Assembly: GCA_002269645.1 (NCBI GenBank)
Contig: NIVC01002789.1
Location: 1-64,000 of the forward strand
Source: Macrostomum lignano
Lineage: Eukaryota
Direction of reading: 5' to 3'
Length of the DNA: 64,000 bases
In this document: one piece after another, positions 10,793-23,594 of the stretch
Layout: the number at the start of each line of letters is the position of its first letter
How positions within the stretch are numbered: the first letter of the stretch is position 1
The notes under the pieces: generated by a model
The model's input: the letters and a program-made list of their open reading frames with translations, nothing else
Databases searched by the model: none
Told to the model about the DNA's origin: nothing
Program-made: the position numbers and the translations under genes

Positions 10793-12973
10793 ATTAGCTT
10801 TAGGTCTGCGTCTGCTTTCTATCAAAAGCAATAACAATTTTATTATGAAAAAAGTCAAAATTTCCTATCTTCGTACTGAATTTTTCGGCAAAACAAGCCT
10901 CCTTAACTTTTTCTAAGAAGCGTAGTTTCCCATCCTTAACTTGAGTTGAGTTTAGTCTTCTAAGAGTCTGAAAGAGTTGTGACGGGGGACTTGTGGAAAA
11001 CTTCATTGTTTTACTATCATTTTTACTATCAGTAGACTACTACGTAAGTGTATCATATTTTGTATGAATTCTGTGTACGAGTACATTCATTGAATCGGCT
11101 TTTATATGTCGGCAAGTGATGAATTTTTAACAAATCAATAATTTGCCCAGCGCCCATCGTAACTCTCAGCCAATTACAATTCGCTGTATCATCTATCGTT
11201 TTATATTAACTGTTCGTTTTTCGTCGCTACTCAAAAACAAATAAAAAACTTGGCCAACTAAGCAAGCAAAATATATCAATTCAATTGAATATTGGACTGC
11301 GCTATACTTGCATTTTTCTTCGGTCTTGTTCGGTCTTGTTCTGCCAAGGACTGCCAGATTAGATTCGTCACAGAGTCTTCTTCACACGCTGTCTCTTTAA
11401 ATTGGCGCCTTTCAAAAAGCTAATTGTTGACTCAAAGCCGTGACTAATCTGACACTACGTATTAGGCCGTGGAATGATTGCTAAACCCTACACAAAAATT
11501 ACCGAAGCGAAAACTAAAGTTTTTGTTACTAGCCAGCCTATGAACATATGACCTACACAATTAAAAATGCAATATCAAGACGCATGCTTGATAAACTCGA
11601 GTATTAAGACTGTATGTTCATTCAGTGATTCTGCGTGCGAGTTAAAGTTCATGAAAATTTCGTGCCTAAATTTAGTAGCTGTTATTATGCTTTAGACCCC
11701 AATGTATGCATATACCGCTCAAACAGCAGAAAACTTAGAATTGCGCAGCATCTACGAATGAGTTCAGCTCGAAATTCGATCGTCGCGCGTTTTTGTGTAA
11801 TGTATATACGTTGCACTGAACACTCGTACATTTTTTGTATTATTACAAGTAAAAATATTACGCGTCATTTCGCCCAAAAGTAATCAAAAAATCATTCGGC
11901 ATAATTATTTAAAATCTAGAGGGCAATAGCTTTTCCAGCAGTTCTAAAGTTTAAATTCAAATTGAACGTTTCTACGATTCCTATAAGGACGTATGTTTTT
12001 TGCATAGGGATGATAGCTCTCAAATTTCAGAAGCCCATATTGATGTTGGTTTCGTGACCTTTCTAGCCCTCCAAGAAATTTAACAGTATGAAAAATTTTC
12101 TACGAGTAGTTGACAAACTCGATGCTTCATATGACAATGTCTTTTGTCCATCCAATTTTTATCTCAAGAAAAGCAACTCATTAAAAGTCGATTCTTAAAA
12201 GCGCAATTCTCATTCATACGGCAATTCAATGTCGGACAGCTCACTGCTACATTTTAGACAAATTAATTTAACATACAGCACAGGTATTAACTGTGTAGTT
12301 TGTGTATATTTGAACCAGTTTTAATAAGCACTCCAACAATTCTAACAAAGTATAACTTAACTTTTTATCAATTCTCTTTACGAATTTAAAATTAGTGGAA
12401 CAGAGAACTAAAGTGACAATTTACGTACTAGCAGTAGTATTGCTAATGATAATAAGTATAACAAAGTTATAACCTGTAAATACAAACGAATAAGTATGCT
12501 TGAATCTAGAGAAAACCACTCTAATTTAACAAACAAGACGAACAGTAGCGATTGGACAGGGAGCGCGGACACTACAGGCCATGATGCGCTCAAATCTCGA
12601 ACACCAGAAACAGCAAATTGGCAACTTTGTAAGCTTGCGATTCCTAGCTATTTAAGCAATTATGGTGAGTAGATTTCCAGTCACTTCACCTCGGTCTCGA
12701 GCTAGCAGATGGGGCGGTCAATGCAGAGAGGGGAACAGAAAAGCAAAAAAGCAACAACAGCAAAATGTGGAAAGAAAACTAGAAGAGAGCAAAACCAGGG
12801 AAGATTGGAAACATTCAACAGAATTAAACAGCGATAAGAAATTTTAAACGAGAAACATCGAGTGACAATGATAGACCAACAGCCTCAGCAATATTCATCA
12901 GAGACCTGACGCTTTCTAATATAAGTTTAACGCTTTTCACTAAAACCATCAAAACTCATCATGACTTGTCAGC

Positions 12974-15900
12974 TTACTCAATCAGCTTCTTGGCCTTGAA
13001 GTAGCGGCGCAGGTAGAGAACTTGCCAGGTGGCCAGGCCCAGCAGGCACAGCATGGAGAACACGGAGAAGTACAGCACTCGGGAGTGGGTGGACTCTGCG
13101 CGGGCAGTTGCGGTGACAGCAATGTTAGATTAGATCCAGTATTGAACTTCAATGAAAACGGCACATAAATGAAATCTGAATTTGAATTTAGATCTAATTA
13201 GATTCTAGATCTACAATCTCGCCTAACTAGATCTACAATCTCACATAATTAGATCTACAATCTCGCCTAACTAGATCTACAATCTCACATAATTAGATCT
13301 ACAATCTCACATAATTAGATCTAAAATCTCGCCTAACTAGATCTACAGCCTTATCTAATTAGATCTACAGATCTTACCTAAATAGATCTACAGCCTTATC
13401 TAATTAGATCTACAGATCTTACCTAAATAGATCTACAGATCTTACCTAAATAGATCTACAGATCTTACCTAAATAGATCTACAGATCTTACCGAAATAGA
13501 TCTACAGATCTTACCTAAATAGATCTATAGATCTTACCTAAATAGATGTACAGATCTTACCTAATTAGATCTACAGTCTTATCTAACTAGATTTACAGAT
13601 CTTACCTAAATAGATCTATAGATCTTACCTAATTAGATGTACAGATCTTAATGATCAACAGATCTCACCTAATTATATCTACAATCTCACATTAAACAAA
13701 AATCCCATCTAATGGTGATGATATTGATTAAAACAGAAATAATGTCTACAAGCTCATCTCATGCATTCTGCCAGTCCAACCCGCAAACTTGCAAGGAAGC
13801 TGTGCCTCTCACCGTTGGTGTCCCGCATGGCCTCCTCCCTGGAGCGCATGTAGGCGAAATCGTTAACAATGGATTCGCTCAGATCTTCCAAGCGCTTCAG
13901 TTCAACCTCCAGCGGCTTCAGCTTCTGAGCTTTGGCGATCTGCAGTTTAAGCATTGATTGAGTATTGTCAGTCTTGGCAACTGATTATCAATATTCTGTT
14001 TACAAATTAGCAGCATCTCGTAAGGTTGAAGCAGCTCGCTCACCTCGTCGTAGTTCTTGGCCTCAGCGCCGTGGCGCACGTCGACGTAGACCTCCAAATC
14101 GGCGCCGCGGCCGCCGCCCTCCATGTGCGATTCGAAGCAGACGTCGAACAGGTCGTACTCGTCAGAGTTGAAGGCAAATTTGCCCTCACCTTTGGCGTTG
14201 TCCTTGTTGAAGAACACGTGCTTCTTGGAGTCGGTAACCTACATTTGAGAGATTGTTAATCATTAACATCTGGGTTTTCAAGCGTCAGAATCACAGTGCC
14301 ATTCGGCATCCTTGGTCCAAATTCAGGGTGCCGGCTGGCACTAGTAGAAAAATTACAATACCTCCTACTCTACCCTGTACACTCCTGAGCCTCTCTGACC
14401 TATAGAAGCTGTGCATGTGTTTACCCAAAATTGATAATCAATAGAAGTTTTGAAATCTGAAGAATCTTAACAATTATTAAATTATTGATACTTTAAAGAA
14501 CTACGAATTACAGAAAAGATTGTTGAACTCAACTAAATTGCATCTGGCTTAGAAACAAAGTGTTGTTAATTTGGCATCTGGGGTTTAAATTCAGGATGCC
14601 AAAACTAAAGCTACCTATTCCTAATAAGATTGACAATTCATCCCTATAAAAAGAAGACCAAGACTTATGATATTATAGAACTAATGAAGCATATACTCAT
14701 ATACCTTTATTGGAGCAAATCAAAAATTGTATATACAAGTACTAATATATAACCAAAATTTGATCCTAGGCAAGAAACTACACCTTTTTACCTTTGCATT
14801 TGTATTGCTTATTGGCAACAAACATTTTTGCCTGTAACTGTTTTGTTTTTACTTTGGCACTTGTAATATTTGTTTTTTTGTTTATATATAATGTTTCTTC
14901 TTTGATAACAACAAAAACAACAAAGTACGCTGTCAGGTGGAAAAATGCAGCATTTTTTATAGAAGTTATTTTATTTAAAGTCCTAAATATGTTTTGCACT
15001 TTCTAAATTGACATTTGGTCAATATACATAGGATAGTTTATTGAAAATTAGAAGATATTAAAAATTTATGAGTTCAGTGCTATATATATAGAAAATAAAA
15101 TCAAATTTGTTTTATTCTTGAGAACTGATATGCAGTCCTATTTTTATTTAAAAAAAGATAAATAAACAAACTACTGATAGTAAAAATATGTATATGTAAA
15201 AATATGTAACTTTTTTGCTGATGCTTTTTGCAGTTATTTTCATATACAAATTGTTCATGAGAAAAAATGCAATATCAGCTATATTTATAGAAAAAATTAT
15301 GAAAAGTCATTTTAAGAGACTTTTTATTTTGCAAAAGACAAACCAACTTTTTGATAAAACACAATCACAAACTGAAATGTAATAAACACATTTAAAACAC
15401 AAATTGTAGTCACTAAAATAGTAATGGTCTAGATTATACTAGGTGCACACTTGAACAAAAATTGAATAATTACAAATGCACACCAAAAAATGAGCGCATG
15501 CCCATTCTAAAAACTGCAACAATAAATGACCTTTTGAATCGCATAATAGTAAATAGACCCTTTTTGGCAGATAACTTGGTTAATTTTTCTGCTTTTGGAG
15601 GATTCTGGAGATTGATGCCAATGCATGCCTAAATTTTTGGGTGTATACTATATGAACCCAAGTGTGGTAAAATAGGCCTAAATTTTTTCTAAAATCCTTT
15701 CTTACTTTAAAAAAAAATTTTAAAGTAAAAAGTAAGGATATTTTGAAAATAGAAGAGTAAGATCTTCATTAGTTTTTAGGCCTACACTTAATTTTGTTAC
15801 TAAATTGTCTTATACTAATAGAATATTAGATTACATTATTAATAATACCATAAAAAGTAATTTTGCACAATTTTTTTCTTTTGTAGAATATAGAACATTG

Positions 15901-17397
15901 GCATTTCTATTAAAGCAGAATATAAATTCTATATTTTATAGGGATTATAGTCATTTTAGTGACAAGACATTTTGCTCACAGTCCTTTTGGTAACAAGCAA
16001 GTCATTTCAGTGAAAAGAAAAATACCCTTTTAGTGATAGCCATTTTGATTTTGAACAGAAAATTATCTTGCAAATCTTAAAGGATATTGATCTAAATTTT
16101 TTTATAATTTTCTGAAACATTTAAGTATTGCTTTATTTAATTTTGTTTATTTATAATTACAGAATTGCAATCTTATGAATTTATGTTTTCCAATCCTAAT
16201 TATCTGGCCATAGTGTCTAATCCAATGAATATCTCTGCTTTTTTGTAGTTGTCATTTCATAAAAATTCTTTATGGGTTAATAGTTTGTGTCTGAATATTG
16301 GTGACTTAGAATAGTAGTCACCTGATTGCTCTCAGCCAATAGTAACTTACATGTGATGTGTGTTGCCACTAGAAATGGCCAGGTGATTCCCAAGGTTGCG
16401 CATATATGGACTTATCACTGATATGACTGGTACCACTCTATAGAATAGATATTGCTATAGCTAATACCTATATATATTCTTAGATTTTTATATTATATTA
16501 TGCAGTGTAATAAAAAAACTATATAATCCATTTTGCGGATGGTGGGTATATGCCGGAAAATTCCGGCATATACTTGATTTCCGTGGCGTACACCTGCGTA
16601 CATTTCTTGGCTGTGTAAAATGTGGTATACAGTGTGGTATATGGCAACTGGCATAGAAATTAACATAAATAATTTTTTGTGTTTTTTCTATGTTAAGTTA
16701 TTTCAAAAAACATTTTTCTGCTACTATTTTCTCATTTACCAATCATTTTAATTACCAGAATTGTCACAACAATCGTCATATCATTATCAATTTTTTGTAG
16801 TTTAAATTTAAATTTAAATATTCATTGATTTTTTACCATTTTTTAAGTTGGCGTACATTTAAAATCTGTTGGTATACAATTGAAAATTCAATAAAAATGT
16901 GTCTGGCGTACACAGAAAACCTTCCACAATATGGTCAACAGTCAATGTTTAATAAACAGATTCTATTTATTTTTAATAACCAAATGCAAAATCCAAATAA
17001 TAAAATTCAAAAAAACAAAAGTCAAAATAAATCATAATGTCATTGTAGCATATGCCAATCGAACTGTTCTAAATGCCTTTTTAAGCATGTCTTGAAAAGT
17101 TTGAGACAAATGACATCATGCATTTATTCTTTGATTCTATCTAAGGCCATTTAATTCTTATATGTAACATATAAAACAAAACAAAATGGTTTTTTGCAAA
17201 CTCATTTTTACCTTGATTGTAACCTTCTGATTAGGATCATCACTGATAGAATAATCTCCTTTTACAAGAACGTTTTTATGAATTTCCTCACGAAAACATT
17301 TCTTTGCATTTGATGGTAGATGGAACCTAAGTGAGAAAACTTGGTCCACCGCAAAAAGAAGCAGAATTGAGGAAATAAAAAGTAAGGTCGATTTCAT
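12974..17397 (-). CDS. TMED10: TMED10 / p24-delta (Tmp21), 209 aa. Exons 17397-17212, 14238-14044, 13939-13813, 13095-12974
   Basis: Signal peptide, GOLD domain ([27 protein letters not shown]), [41 protein letters not shown] segment and C-terminal [13 protein letters not shown]. All introns GT-AG, phases 0/0/1. Confidence 0.96.
13195..13690. repeat. ~23 bp minisatellite in TMED10 intron 3
   Basis: Unit agatctacagatcttacctaaat and variants; on the gene strand it reads atttAG|GTAAGAtctgtagatct. Confidence 0.92.
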
Positions 17398-18839
17398 GAT
17401 GGAATACTTAGGGAGAAGTGGATTAGCAGAAACCTTTAACACTGTCGAATACCGCAAAAGGTCATAAAAGTGACGATATAATTAAAAATATATGCACACG
17501 TCAAACTGGATATGTTTAAATAAAAAATAAACGAAATCTGATTTGCTTTTTGAAATTGCATACGGTGTTTTTTTACAACAATATACTTTTAATGCAATGC
17601 AAATAAGGCTTTTAGCTGTAGTCCTTATTTAAAATTAAATTAATTTGTTTAAGTGTTAAATGTTATCAAGTAAAAAACTTAGTGACCGTCGTCCAATTGT
17701 AAAAATCGTAACCTATATTTTCTAAGCTTCTTTAAAAAATAAGGATTTATCTAGTGACCACGGAAAATTAAATATATAGTTTTTGCTTTCATTCAGACGC
17801 ATATTTTTATAAATAAAATTAGCAGGACTTCATAGAGTCGTCTACAAATTACACTCAATTGTCCGTTGTCACTTGAAGTAACGGATCGACCAGTTTTTTA
17901 TTAACGTGACAAGGATTGACTTTTGGATCTATTGAAATTAAACTTTAATTGTAAATTCTAAAGCCGATTCATGTCATTTATGTAAAATTGAGTCGTTCTG
18001 GGTGAATACGAAGCTTTAGTTAACAAAAATATGACATTCAGCAAGACTTACTGTACTTTCTGATCTCCCATCTAAACAAACCATGAAAATAGGAAAAGTT
18101 AGTACTATAATTAGTACTAGCTGCACATGCAGTACATGCTTTTTGTCCTAATAGGGGATGTCAAGTTAAGCGCCTGCAATTAATCGACGATAATTCTTAA
18201 TTGTCGGACCAAACTAGATAGTGATATATAGCTAGATCGAGAGTAACGATAGGCGCTATATGTTTCTGTTTTTACATGTATTGCACATTGCACGTATCTA
18301 AACTAGTTATCGATCGATCGTTCAAGATCCTACAAGATTTCGCAATATTTTTCCAAGAGTATCAAAAGATAGCTCCTAGGGCAGTTATAGAAACTATAGC
18401 TACATGTACATTCTTATTTGATTCTGCGTGCAGGATTGCTGATCTGGCACGCCCAAGCGTGCAGAATTGATGTTGTCTATGGCAAATTATCCTTTAGGTC
18501 TAATGCATCTTACGTGCAGGATTGCACTTTATTTTTAGACAACAAGAAAATAACGAGTGAAAATTGGTTAATATCATTACTAGTTTTTCGCTTGCGATCA
18601 GATGCTACTCAAATACAAATTCAATGACGTTGGTGTCACCATTGGCTCGAATCTTCAAATTCTTCCGATTTTCCGAATAACTCGCACACAGCGCACCGAG
18701 CCCGACGTAGGATCGTTGATAACGTCAACTGGGTCACTTGCCTCAGTGCCTACAACTTGAGGGTCGGCCGTAGTAGCCACCTCCACGGCAGCCGTTAGTT
18801 GATGGCTCATAGCACAGATCGCTTGCTCTCGTTTATTCC

Positions 18840-19394
18840 CTAATGTAGCGCTCGACGGATGCACCTCGCTTGTGGCCAGTCACTTTAGCGATTATTTCGA
18901 TTGTAATTCAAGTTGGAACAGTTGTAAAAATGCAATTCGCTCGTGCAATCAGCGCGTAATCTATCAGATAAGTGCTCTAAGACCGTCTGTACCACTTCTG
19001 ACGAAAGTAGTCAAGTCCACTAAACTTGGTGACTTTTGCGTAAGTTGCGCCTCAACTCCAGAATCTATAACGAACCAAGACACGAAGAACCAAGTAGATT
19101 CTTTGAATCTTGAACAAGCTCAATCGCGTAGAGTCCATATTCAAATCAAACCTTCACGCACCATACATTCATATATTTAAAGTATACTTCCTCTTGAAGA
19201 CGCACCGGATTCGACCGATCGAAGTATTTACCGAGCTTCTTCAGGTCGTCACTCTCAATAGCATCGTAGTGCTTCACTCTTCCTCCAGATCGAAGGAAAG
19301 CGTTGCAAATGCTCTTCATGGTAAGATTGGCGGCATGAAAGGCTTTATCATTTATTATGTCAATCGCTCGCAACTTCATAATATGGCGAAACAA
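18840..19394 (-). mobile_element. Decayed tyrosine-recombinase (Crypton/DUF3504-like) coding relic
   Basis: KHYDAIESDDLKKLGKYFDRSNPVRLQEEVYF resembles the CryptonA-type N-part; EIIAKVTGHKRGASVERYI resembles the YR C-terminal H...Y box; frameshifts between them. Confidence 0.6.
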
Positions 19395-20275
19395 ACCATT
19401 GCTTTGTTTTTATAGTGGCAACTAGCTTTCAATTGTAATCTCCTTTCGTTACCCCCTCCCCTCACCATCTCCAGCGTGCAAGATTGATTTTGTCTATGGT
19501 TAAAATGTGGGGGCTTCGCCCCCACGCCCCCAGCGGGGGCTCTGCCCCCGCACCCCCGCTAGCAGCGGGTAATGTCTATAGTAATATCAATTATAACCTT
19601 TTTTGGGCAGAATGTAAAATGAAAGAATCAAATAAGAATGAGATTCATGCACGCCAACTCGTGCGTCTATGGCAAAGAGCACTCGTGCGCTTCGCGCACT
19701 CGTGCTTTTGCCAATGACGCACTCGTTAGCGTTCAAGAATCCTAACATTCCCGCTCAGGCAGATTCTAGCGAGTTCTTTGGGGGTCATACAGTGTAGCAG
19801 TTGTACACTGTAGCTCGTACATGTTCTTCAACAGTAGAAAATTCCGTTGAAGTATGAACCGGAGCTTCAAAATAAAGCTTTAAAGTGAACCTAGTGTAGA
19901 ACTTCGCGGTCTCCAATTTAAGGTGATCGCATGAAAATCCACATCCACATGTACTCCCGTAGGCTCCGACGAAGCATATGCTCATGGTACATGTACACAC
20001 AGAAGACAAATTAAATGATAAATAATTCATCTATGATTCAAGGTAAAAGAGCGCATGTGTGCAGCTTAAACCTATTTTTGCGTTATCTAGTAAAATAGTT
20101 AACTGTAAACAATACACAAGGCCGAAATCAACAACTAAAGGTTTTGCATCTGCAGTTCTTAGTTCTCTGTAGATATAACGGACTACAGACTGCAATCGAT
20201 TATTAAGTCCATGCTATGACACATTTACAAGCAACGATATATATATATCTGAGGCAAAATTCAGATCCAGTCCAC

Positions 20276-23200
20276 TCAAAGCTCCCAAAATATACTGCAA
20301 ATCAACTCAATCGCTCTCATTCTCAATCCGCCGGTCGCTTTGGTTGCTCGAACTGGGGCTGCTTCTGCCAGTATTGCTGCTCCTAGCAGAAGAAACTGAA
20401 GACCGATCTGACTTGTTATCCTGAGCAGCTTTATCGTCGGATTGATTTTCATGCTCATCGGCATCGCTGGCCGGTCTGCCTGCCGCCTGTCTGTCATCGT
20501 CACGCCGGATGCAGTCGTGGACGGCCGCCCTGGAGCCAGGGGTGGCGGACAGGTAGGCCGAGCAGGACATCGCCATGGAGCGGCGGCTCTGCCGACCGTC
20601 TGCTGCCGACTTTTGTCGACGACTGTCTTGCCGGCTGTCCAAGCAGCGGCGGCACTCGTCGGCGGCGCTGGCGTAGTCGACGTCGCGACGGCGGCTGGCG
20701 CGAGCGGAGCGGCTGGCTTTGATGCGGGACCTGCAGAGCGGTTTGGGCGGTGAGATTGCTCAATTTGTTGGCCAAAGCTGCTGGCAAAGAGGCGCTCGAG
20801 GGCTGTGGGGGCGCTGCACCGTTTCCTTGTTAGTGAGAATTGTGCCATTTGTTAAACAGGCTTGTGCCAGTTGTTGCTATTCAGAAATGTGCCAATTGTT
20901 GTTAGTCAGAAATGTGCCAGTTGTTGTTAGTCAGAAATGTGCCAGTTGTTGTTAGTCAGAAATGTGCCAGTTGTTGTTAGTCAGAAATGTGCCAGTTGTT
21001 GTTAGTCAGAAATGTGCCAATTGTTGTTAGTCAGGCTTGTGCCAGTTGTTGTTAGTCAGGCTTGTGCCAATTGTTGTTAGTCAGAAATGTGCCAGTTGTT
21101 AGTCAGAAATGTGCCAATTGTTGTTAGTCAGAAATGTGCCAATTGTTGTTAGTCAGAAATGTGCCAATTGTTGTTAGTCAGAAATGTGCCAGTTGTTGTT
21201 AGTCAGAAATGTGCCAATTGTTGTTAGTCAGGCTTGTGCCAATTGTTGTTAGTCAGAAATGTGCCAGTTGTTGTTAGTCAGAAATGTGCCAGTTGTTGTT
21301 AGTCAGGCTTGTGCCAGTTGTTGTTAGACAGAAATGTGCCAGTTGTTGTTAGTCAGAAATGTGCCAGTTGTTGTTAGTCAGAAATGTGCCAGTTGTTGTT
21401 AGTCAGAAATGTGCCAGTTGTTGTTAGTCAGGCTTGTGCCAGTTGTTGTTAGTCAGGCTTGTGCCAATTGTTGTTAGTCAGAAATGTGCCAGTTGTTGTT
21501 AGTCAGAAATGTGCCAGTTGTTGTTAGTCAGAAATGTGCCAGTTGTTGTTAGTCAGAAATGTGCCAGTTGTTGTTAGTCAGAAATGTGCCAGTTGTTGTT
21601 AGTCAGAAATGTGCCAGTTGTTGTTAGTCAGAAATGTGCCAGTTGTTGTTAGTCAGAAATGTGCCAGTTGTTGTTAGTCAGAAATGTGCCAGTTGTTGTT
21701 AGTCAGAAATGTGCCAGTTGTTGTTAGTCAGGCTTGTGCCAGTTGTTGTTAGTCAGGCTTGTGCCAGTTGTTGTTAGTCAGGCTTGTGATAATTGTTGTT
21801 AGTCAGAAATGTGCCAGTTGTTGTTAGTCAGAAATGTGCCAGTTGTTGTTAGTCAGAAATGTGCCAGTTGTTGTTAGTCAGAAATGTGCCAGTTGTTGTT
21901 AGTCAGAAATGTGCCAGTTGTTGTTAGTCAGAAATGTGCCAGTTGTTGTTAGTCAGAAATGTGCCAGTTGTTGTTAGTCAGAAATGTGCCAGTTGTTAGT
22001 CAGGAGTGCCAGCATTGCAAACCTGATCTCAGGCAGCTGGTTGAAGAACACGGGCTCGCGACTGTACTCTGTGGGTTTTTTTCCGCTTTGCCTGGTGTAC
22101 TCGCGGTCACCTTGACGACTGGCCGCGGCTTCTCGCTGCTGCTGGCGACCTCTCGACGAAGCCGAAGCTTCTCTGCGATCTCCCAGCGGACTGCTGGCGC
22201 CGCGGTGGCCTCGGCCCCGGCTCTGATGGCTGTGCGACGGTCTTGGATGATGACTGCGGAGAGTCGGGAAGGTGCGGAGACGTTTTTATGATTGAAATCA
22301 TGGTGACAGATTTGTTGCCAGCGAAGAGGCAAGCAGTCACCAGCATAACACTCAGCTCACCAGCATAGCACTCAGCTCACCAGCATAGCACTCAGCTCAC
22401 CATAGCACTCAGCTCACCAGCATAACACTCAGCTCACCACCATAGCACTCAGCTCACCAGCATAGCACTCAGCTCACCATAGCACTCAGCTCACCAGCAT
22501 AGCACTCAGCTCACCAGCATAGCACTCAGCTCACCATAGCACTCAGCTCACCAGCATAGCACTCAGCTCACCAGCATAACACTCACTGGTTATTCCGCTT
22601 CACTCGGCGGGCCGGTTTCGCCAAGGCCAAGTCGTCCCACGGATCAACCAGCGCCCCCGAGGTGCCCCTGAACACCGGCTGGTAGCGATCGCCTCTGTCC
22701 TGGAGTTACCAAAGTACAAGTAAGGCACTGTACGGCTTAGAGCATAACACTCAATCAAAAACATCCGGTATGGACGGGCACGCACCTTTTTCAAGTTCGC
22801 ATCGATAATCCTGGTGTCTGAGTAAATGTAGGAAGCGGAGTAGGTCTCAGCGGTAAGCAGCTTCGGATATCTGAAGAATTCAGGCCGGAGTTCAAGATTA
22901 TCAGGGGAGAGGTTTAGGGAAGTTGAGTGTTCATGGTCCCCTTTTTAGGTGTCAGTGGCGCAATTTTGTGCTATCAGTTACGTCATTTAGTGCTATCAGT
23001 TACGTCATATTGTGCTATCAGTTACGTCATATTGTGCTATCAGTTACGTCATATTGTGCTATCAGTTACGTCATTTTGTCATTACGTCATTACGTCGTTT
23101 CGTGGTAGCAGTGACGCCAGTTTTTGGTATCAGTGGCGCTATTATGTGGTATTAGTGGTGCTGTTTTGAGGCGTCAAAAGCGCCACCTGAGACCCGGTGG

Positions 23201-23557
23201 GAAACAAGCGAGCGATACAACAGATAGGTCAGAACCCCGAACCTCAAGCACTGGGGCAGTCCTCGACTCTCCCGCCTGTGCTTAACCGTCAGAGTCTTCA
23301 AAGCGCGGCTCCTGGCAGTGAGCAGCTCCGCTCTGGCCTGCTTGAGCTGATGGGCATAGGCCTTGGCTGCGATGGGCGAACAGAGGGCGAGGGTGAAACA
23401 AGCGATTATCAGCCATCGAATGAACCGCTAGTCTGCCACGCGGACTCACCTTCTCGATCTTCGACTGTCTGCTCACGATTCGACCTTTCAGCGCTTCTCC
23501 GCGTCCTGCCGCTGCGGCTGTGGCTGCGACTTTTGTTTCTTCTGCCGCTTTTTCTGG

Positions 23558-23594
<37 letters not shown>

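Noticed and set aside
14305-14346. gtgcc-ggct-ggcaCTAG|T as a Helitron 3' end in TMED10 intron 1
   Set aside because: Short stem overlapping the CTAG, and no associated body or 5' end found
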